From Candidatus Levybacteria bacterium RIFCSPLOWO2_01_FULL_39_10 (lineage in GTDB: Bacteria; Patescibacteriota; Microgenomatia; Levybacterales; UBA12049): DNA of 37,383 bases. The DNA lies in assembly GCA_001782515.1 (NCBI GenBank), contig MFOV01000012.1, positions 5,832-43,214 on the forward strand, in the 5' to 3' direction. Positions within the stretch are counted from its first letter, which is position 1; each line of letters opens with the position of its first letter. The notes below the pieces were generated by a model that was not told where the DNA came from, searched no databases, and saw nothing but the letters and a program-made list of their open reading frames with translations. Below are positions 32,060 to 37,383 of this stretch, piece by piece. Position numbers and translations under genes: made by a program.

Positions 32060-32548
32060 ATGAAGGTTAACGAAAATATTATTTGGGACTTACTTAGACT
32101 TTCGCTTTCATTTATTTTTCTCTGGGTATTTTTTGATAAATTATTTGGACTTGGATTTGCAACCGGAGCAAGTAAATCATGGCTTGCAGGGGTCTCTCCT
32201 ACAACCGGATTTTTAGCAAATGCTCCCGATGGACCACTTGCTCCGCTTTTTAACAGTCTCTCAGGAAATATTGTGATAGATATTTTATTTATGGGAGGAC
32301 TTTTTTTAGTTGGATCTGCACTACTTCTTGGAATCGGGATGAAGATTGCTGGTTACTCAGGATCTTTAATGATGTTTTTAATTTATCTTTCTCTTTTTCC
32401 TCCGGAGAATAATCTCTTGATTGACGAACACATTGTTTATATTATTATTCTGATTGGCTTGGTCATAAGAGGTGAAAAACAAAAATTTGGGTTCGGCAAA
32501 AAATGGTCAGAAGTTAAATTAGTTAAAAAGTATTCAATCCTTCAATAG
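32060..32548 (+). CDS. DoxX-family membrane protein
   Basis: LRLSLSFIFLWVFFDKLFGLG, SPTTGFL, LIDEHIVY. Confidence 0.8.
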   Translation: MKVNENIIWDLLRLSLSFIFLWVFFDKLFGLGFATGASKSWLAGVSPTTGFLANAPDGPLAPLFNSLSGNIVIDILFMGGLFLVGSALLLGIGMKIAGYSGSLMMFLIYLSLFPPENNLLIDEHIVYIIILIGLVIRGEKQKFGFGKKWSEVKLVKKYSILQ

Positions 32549-32577
32549 ATAAATTCCCCTTTTGCTATAATTGCCCC

Positions 32578-33039
32578 ATGACTTCCTCTGAATTTTTCAA
32601 AATAATTGAATATATTACCCAAAACTGCAGGGATTTAAAAAATAAATATATAAGCGAAGATTTAAAAATTGATTACGTTTGCATATTTTCGAAAAGCCAA
32701 AAGGAATTTGATGAACTTTTAAAATTTGCGTCAAGCATAGGAGAATTGGCAGAACAAACAAAAACAGGGCCTGTTTTTAAATTAAATAATTCTCCAGATA
32801 CAATTATTGGCAAACCAAAAATGCTAAAAATAAGAATTCCCGATAAAACAAGACTGGAAAGAGGAGACGTGGATTTTAATACAGACTATGAAAATTTCAA
32901 AAAAAAGTATCTTGATAACAAAAGATTTACTTTAATAAAAAGGGACAACTTTGAAATGCTTGAACTGCGAGATAATTCCTTTGATGTTCTGGTTTACTTC
33001 TCAAGCATTCCTCTTAGCGAACAGTTAGGAGTAAATTAA
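32578..33039 (+). CDS. Hypothetical protein
   Basis: 153-aa ORF starting directly after the motif. Confidence 0.75.
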   Translation: MTSSEFFKIIEYITQNCRDLKNKYISEDLKIDYVCIFSKSQKEFDELLKFASSIGELAEQTKTGPVFKLNNSPDTIIGKPKMLKIRIPDKTRLERGDVDFNTDYENFKKKYLDNKRFTLIKRDNFEMLELRDNSFDVLVYFSSIPLSEQLGVN

Positions 33040-33063
33040 AAGCTAAGCTGCTATAATTGCCCC

Positions 33064-33390
33064 ATGATTATAATCCTCAAAAAAAGAGCTACGAAAGATG
33101 ATATTAAAAAAATGTCAGAAGATTTTGACGGATATATTAAGCTTGTTGTCGACATTGAAAAAGAAATATTGGCCGGAGGCGGAGAGAGGCATTTTGAAGC
33201 AGAACAAAAATTAATTAATGATGGTTCACACCAAACAAGTCTTTGGGGCGGCGGATTAGATTGGGATACTCGCGAGATAGATTATAATTCAATTTTAAAT
33301 CTTCGGCCGGGGGTAAATCCAAGCCGTGATATTCTCTCCGAAATTATAAGAAAAAAGTTTGATAAAATAGTTGAAGATATTCTTCTATGA
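33064..33390 (+). CDS. DUF5674-like protein
   Basis: IKLVVDIEKEILAGGGERH..E..L...GS.Q..LWGG, SILNLRP. Confidence 0.75.
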   Translation: MIIILKKRATKDDIKKMSEDFDGYIKLVVDIEKEILAGGGERHFEAEQKLINDGSHQTSLWGGGLDWDTREIDYNSILNLRPGVNPSRDILSEIIRKKFDKIVEDILL

Positions 33391-33698
33391 CAAGTACAAA
33401 ATTAAAAATTCTAGACATAGCGATGAACCTTAATAGAGTTGGTAACTTTGCCGCAGATGGGTATGATATAAAACAAAAAAGAATAAAAATATTTCTTAAT
33501 CAAACCTCAGAATACATAGACTCTCTCTCTATCAAAGATTTACCAGACTCATTTAAAAGAACATACTTAAATTTTCTAAATCAATATAAATATCTTAAAA
33601 AGGAAGGATTATCAGGACCTAAAAATGAGCTTGAATGGGCTGAAAAAATGATGACATGGGGAAATATTTTGACTCACCGTGCAAACCTCATAAAATAA
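33387..33698 (+). CDS. Hypothetical helical protein coupled (ATGA overlap) to the DUF5674 gene
   Basis: 103-aa ORF. Confidence 0.7.
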   Translation: MTSTKLKILDIAMNLNRVGNFAADGYDIKQKRIKIFLNQTSEYIDSLSIKDLPDSFKRTYLNFLNQYKYLKKEGLSGPKNELEWAEKMMTWGNILTHRANLIK

Positions 33699-33701
33699 CT
33701 T

Positions 33702-33777
33702 CCTTGCCCTATCGTAGCCTTAGGGCGAAGTGGGGTGCTTGCCCTGAGCAAAGTCGAAGGGCTATAATTGCCCCAGT
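33702..33777 (+). repeat. 76-bp direct repeat, copy 1
   Basis: CCTTGCCCTATCGTAGCCTTAGGGCGAAGTGGGGTGCTTGCCCTGAGCAAAGTCGAAGGGCTATAATTGCCCCAGT. Confidence 0.95.
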
Positions 33778-33992
33778 TATTTTAGCCTGAGGAATTCTTC
33801 TTCACTAGACTCCGCTTGTTTGATTATACTTCTTACCAAACCTTTTTTCAGTTCTCTGGCATGAATGGGAATAGGAATAATCCTCTTTAACTTGGGATTA
33901 TACATAATAAGATGGCTGCCGGTTTGTCTTTTTTGAATGTACCCCAGTTTTTGAAGAATTTTAACTATCTCTCTTGCTTTAAAACTTGCCAT
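33777..33992 (-). CDS. hicA: HicA-family toxin
   Basis: LQKLGY..RQTGSHLIM, IPIHARELKKG..RSIIKQA. Confidence 0.92.
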   Translation of the reverse strand: MASFKAREIVKILQKLGYIQKRQTGSHLIMYNPKLKRIIPIPIHARELKKGLVRSIIKQAESSEEEFLRLK

Positions 33993-34262
33993 TTATAGAG
34001 ATACTGCTGGATTTTGTACGGAAATTTGCGTGATGACAACATTTGGCCCTTCTTGTGGAATTTCTTGTTTTTCTTCTTTAAGAACCTCCAAATACCCTTC
34101 CATGGCATCTTTTATCATAGACACCGCTTCCTCAAAAGTTTCCCCCTGGCTAACGCAGCCAGGAAGTGCCGGAACACTTACCACATATCCGCCTTCTTCA
34201 GCCGGTTCAAAGATAGCAGTATATTTTAAGATTTTTTTTGAAAGAGATTTTACTTTTACCAT
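33993..34262 (-). CDS. hicB: HicB-family antitoxin (short, no DNA-binding domain)
   Basis: EEGGYVVSVPALPGCVSQGETFEEA. Confidence 0.92.
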   Translation of the reverse strand: MVKVKSLSKKILKYTAIFEPAEEGGYVVSVPALPGCVSQGETFEEAVSMIKDAMEGYLEVLKEEKQEIPQEGPNVVITQISVQNPAVSL

Positions 34263-34291
34263 GAATTAATTATAGCATACTCAAACTCTTC

Positions 34292-34367
34292 CCTTGCCCT
34301 ATCGTAGCCTTAGGGCGAAGTGGGGTGCTTGCCCTGAGCAAAGTCGAAGGGCTATAATTGCCCCAGT
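34292..34367 (+). repeat. 76-bp direct repeat, copy 2
   Basis: Identical to 33702-33777. Confidence 0.95.
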
Positions 34368-34403
34368 GCGTGACAAAATGTATGCTAATATGGTAATATA
34401 TTT

Positions 34404-34688
34404 ATGAATACATCCTTTGAATGGGATGAGAGTAAAAATACCGAGAATTTAAGAAAGCATGGAGTAGGTTTTGAGACTGCCCAATTCGCATTTATTGATT
34501 TAAGACGCGTAATTGCTCGGGATCTAACTCACAGTAAGAGAGAAAAGAGATATTTTTGTTTCGGAAAAGTTAAAGGAGGTGTACTGACTGTTCGCTTTAC
34601 CTATCGGAGCAATAAAATTCGCATAATTGGCGCTGGATATTGGAGAAAGGGCAAAAGCATATATGAAAAACAAAATAAAATACAGTAA
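34404..34688 (+). CDS. brnT: BrnT-family toxin
   Basis: FEWDESKNTENLRKHGVGFE, EKRY, LTVRFTYR..IRII. Confidence 0.9.
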   Translation: MNTSFEWDESKNTENLRKHGVGFETAQFAFIDLRRVIARDLTHSKREKRYFCFGKVKGGVLTVRFTYRSNKIRIIGAGYWRKGKSIYEKQNKIQ

Positions 34689-34893
34689 TGAACCAATCGA
34701 GGCTCGTGTAGTGAGTGATTTCTTACCTAAGCCTGAGGATTTGGTTTTAAAAGAAAAAAAGATAAGGGTAACCTTAACTCTTACCGAGAAAAGTTTGGAC
34801 TTTTTTAAAATAGCTGGTAAAAAACATGGGGCTCCTTATCAGGCAATGATAAGACGCCTTCTTGATTTTTACGTTGCTAATCAAAAAGCCTAA
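34663..34893 (+). CDS. BrnA/CopG-like antitoxin
   Basis: DFLPKPEDL, RVTLTL..LDFFK, PYQAMIRRLLD; overlaps brnT. Confidence 0.85.
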   Translation: MKNKIKYSNEPIEARVVSDFLPKPEDLVLKEKKIRVTLTLTEKSLDFFKIAGKKHGAPYQAMIRRLLDFYVANQKA

Positions 34894-35009
34894 ATAAGTT
34901 TTGGAAGAATTTCCTCTTCTGCTATAATTGTCCCCATAGCCGATTTCCAAGAAGTCACTATAGGATATTGTGTTTTGAGGGGAGTAGTGCTATTATCGCT
35001 CAGCAAAAA

Positions 35010-37383
35010 ATGCGAAAGGGGTTTTGGAGAAAGTTCTCTGCATTCCTTGCCCTAATTTCGATACTTGCCCAATCGTTAGTCCTTTTATTGGCTTCGGCAC
35101 CAAGAGTATATGCACAAGAAGAGGTAGAACAAGTTGCACTTGAAGAATCTGTAACAGAAACTCCTATTCCTACTACCTCTGATGAAATAACCGCATCTCC
35201 CTCACCAGAAGATCAACCTCAAATAACTCCCGAAGAGGCAATCTTTGAGATAGACATAACCCTCACACCACCAGAAAACGTTACGCCTTCAAATGCTCAG
35301 ACACAAAATGAGTTGGAGCAACTAGAAAATCAGGAAAACAATAATAGTCCAAATGAAAAACCACAAGATGAAGAGCCACAAGAGTATAATGAAGAACTCC
35401 ACGTTATAGTTATCAATAATGTTTCTGCTGAATCTTTAGATTTAGAAACAACTGTAAAAGATTCTTCGGCAACACTTACTACCGATAAGGCCGACTATTC
35501 TCCAACAGACACGGTTATTATTAGCGGGAGCGATTTTAAGCCGGAGCAAACATATAAGCTAATAATTACATCAGAAAATGAGCCTCCTGCCCACTTTGAA
35601 ACAGAAATTAAATCTGATGAAAACGGATCTTTCATATACGCTTATCAGCTAGACGGGACGTACAGACCAAACTATAAAGTTGAGGCAAAAGACGAAGATG
35701 GAAATATTATCGCAACTATAACATTTACAGACGACATCCAAGCCCCTGTTCCCTTTTCAGACTCCTTTGGGACTGTAAATTCGTCTTCGGTAACTAATTG
35801 GGATGAACAAGATCCTGCGGAAATAACAAGTGGTTCAGGTGAGGATTCTTCAAGACCGGGGTCTCCTACTACAAAATTTGCAAAAATTGGACAATCAAGC
35901 GGCGGAACAGATGGATGGATTAGGCGAACGATCAACGCAACAGGATTTCAATCTCTTCAACTTAAATATTACTGGAGAGGAGATAGTGACGCAGAAAGTA
36001 ATGACTTAGGAATTGTAGAATATTGTTTGGGAGCGACTTGCACTTCTTTTAACCAGCTCGTGACTCATGCTTTGAACAATACTTCCTGGAGCGGCCAGCA
36101 AACCATAAATTTGCCCTCATCGCTTAATAATTCTGTCTTTAGAATAAGATTTAGAAATAGTTCCAGCAATACTGATGAATATTTTAGAGTAGATGATGTT
36201 GAAGTAGCGGGCTCTGGGATAGTTCCGCCGGATACCATTCCTCCAACTGACCCAGCTGATGTCCATAGTACTGACCACACAATCAATGTACCATCAAGTG
36301 ACAATACTATTGCTATTGCTTGGACCTTAGCCGGTTCTGCTCCCGGGGCTACTGATTCAGAATCCGGGATTGACGGATATTCATATTCATTTAGTGGCGG
36401 GGCTGCTGATTTACCAGATACAGTAAAAGACTCGGAAGAATCATCAATAGGGACAACGAGTAGCTCTCTTTCAGACGGCAATTGGTGGTTTCATTTAAGA
36501 ACCAGAGATAATGCAGGCAACTGGACATCAACGGTGCATATCGGCCCATTTATAGTAGATACCGGTGCTCCGGTTTTATCAGAGGCAACAGCTGTCCAAA
36601 CCCCAACAAATGATACGACCCCAGCTTATGTATTCAATTCTGATGAAGAAGGGACGGTTTCATATGGAGGCAGTTGTTCCAGCCCAGATTCGTCTGCAGT
36701 TTCTGGCAACAATACTATTACTTTTAACTCTCTTTTGGATGGAACCTATTCTGATTGTACAATTATAGTTACGGATTCTGCGGAGAATAGTAGTACGCCT
36801 TTGGGTGTATCTCCATTTACAGTTGATACGCTGGCTCCTACATCTTCATTTACTTCTCCAGAAAACAACAGTTTCTGGAACAGCTCAATAGAAATCTCCG
36901 GAAGCTCAATTGACCCATCAGGTAATTTTGTAGATTATGTTACGCTATATTACTCCCTCTCAGGAGAAAATGACTGGAATGAGATTACCCAAGTTACTAA
37001 TAATGCAGATACCCCTTTTAATTGGAGCTACAGCTGGGAACCCGAAAATGAGGTGACTTATGACATAAAGGCTGAGGCAACAGATGTTGCTGGAAACACG
37101 GAGACAAGCCCCATAGTCACAAATATAACTTATGATATTACATCACCCACAGATCCCGATGTTTTCTCAAGTAGCCATGCAGTTGGTACTTGGTCAAATG
37201 ATCCAACCGTTGATATTGAGTGGGGTGGGGCTGCGGACTTTTTGTCTGGAGTAGCCGGTTATTCATTTCATTTTGATTCCTCGCCAAGCACGCTTCCTGA
37301 TGAAGTATCAGAAGGGTTAGTAACATCAACAACAAGTGAGGGGCAAGGCGATGGAGACTCACACTACTTTCATTTAAGAACAC
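35010..37383 (+). CDS. Large secreted acidic Ser/Thr-rich surface protein with Ig-like/FN3-like repeats; 5' part (at least 791 codons), absent from the ORF track
   Basis: Translated by hand: signal-like MRKGFWRKFSAFLALISILAQ..VYA, E/P/T linker, TDKADYSP, repeated DT.PP and D.AGN motifs; frame open to the window end. Confidence 0.88.
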   Translation, partial: MRKGFWRKFSAFLALISILAQSLVLLLASAPRVYAQEEVEQVALEESVTETPIPTTSDEITASPSPEDQPQITPEEAIFEIDITLTPPENVTPSNAQTQNELEQLENQENNNSPNEKPQDEEPQEYNEELHVIVINNVSAESLDLETTVKDSSATLTTDKADYSPTDTVIISGSDFKPEQTYKLIITSENEPPAHFETEIKSDENGSFIYAYQLDGTYRPNYKVEAKDEDGNIIATITFTDDIQAPVPFSDSFGTVNSSSVTNWDEQDPAEITSGSGEDSSRPGSPTTKFAKIGQSSGGTDGWIRRTINATGFQSLQLKYYWRGDSDAESNDLGIVEYCLGATCTSFNQLVTHALNNTSWSGQQTINLPSSLNNSVFRIRFRNSSSNTDEYFRVDDVEVAGSGIVPPDTIPPTDPADVHSTDHTINVPSSDNTIAIAWTLAGSAPGATDSESGIDGYSYSFSGGAADLPDTVKDSEESSIGTTSSSLSDGNWWFHLRTRDNAGNWTSTVHIGPFIVDTGAPVLSEATAVQTPTNDTTPAYVFNSDEEGTVSYGGSCSSPDSSAVSGNNTITFNSLLDGTYSDCTIIVTDSAENSSTPLGVSPFTVDTLAPTSSFTSPENNSFWNSSIEISGSSIDPSGNFVDYVTLYYSLSGENDWNEITQVTNNADTPFNWSYSWEPENEVTYDIKAEATDVAGNTETSPIVTNITYDITSPTDPDVFSSSHAVGTWSNDPTVDIEWGGAADFLSGVAGYSFHFDSSPSTLPDEVSEGLVTSTTSEGQGDGDSHYFHLRT

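Larger units (their letters stand above)
32046..34935 (+). other. Putative gene-cassette array delimited by six co-oriented GCTATAATTGCCCC sites
   Basis: Copies at 32046, 32564, 33050, 33761, 34351 (exact) and 34921 (1-nt insertion), all intergenic. Confidence 0.7.

Noticed and set aside
32046-34935. CRISPR array or classical integron attC array
   Set aside because: Repeats are 14 bp with 0.5-0.7 kb gene-bearing intervals; no cas or intI gene; no RYYYAAC..GTTRRRY hairpins at the boundaries.
34929-34945. TCCCCATAGC and GCCCCAGT as tRNA 5' remnants
   Set aside because: Matches are only 8-10 nt and no cloverleaf follows.
35043-35054. TTCCTTGCCCTA matching the start of the long repeat
   Set aside because: Short match inside a signal-peptide coding region with no further similarity; probably chance.
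35672-37383. Track ORFs 35672-35935, 36065-36481, 36565-36768 and 37138-37383
   Set aside because: Shadows of the long plus-strand surface protein CDS.

Overview
AT-rich bacterial chromosome segment, most consistent with a CPR/Patescibacteria (Microgenomates-like) genome; this is an inference from gene content, short intergenic spacers and REP-like palindromes. From left to right: (1) the end of a probable integrative element that has cut comM at its NPCPCG motif; (2) a core block with purB, purA, dnaG and rpoD; (3) two YfhO/GT-C-type membrane proteins, DsbB/BdbC, a VIT1 transporter and several small ORFs missing from the ORF track, including a bTHX-like basic peptide; (4) a 7.5-kb ArsR-YHS-led copper/thiol-redox operon with a CPH-type P1B ATPase; (5) an accessory region around tRNA-Asn(GTT); (6) the 5' part of a large secreted Ig-like repeat protein. 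The most striking signal is in the accessory region. The motif (T)GCTATAATTGCCCC(A) recurs 8 times (6 exact, 2 near-exact) at gene-module boundaries. Six co-oriented copies cut 32046-34935 into five 486-711 bp units of unrelated genes, including two toxin-antitoxin pairs, one of which is bracketed by a perfect 76-bp direct repeat. This resembles an integron-like cassette array whose putative recombination site is also an extended -10 promoter for leaderless mRNA. No attC site or integrase is visible in the window. All family assignments come from motif recognition, not database searches.
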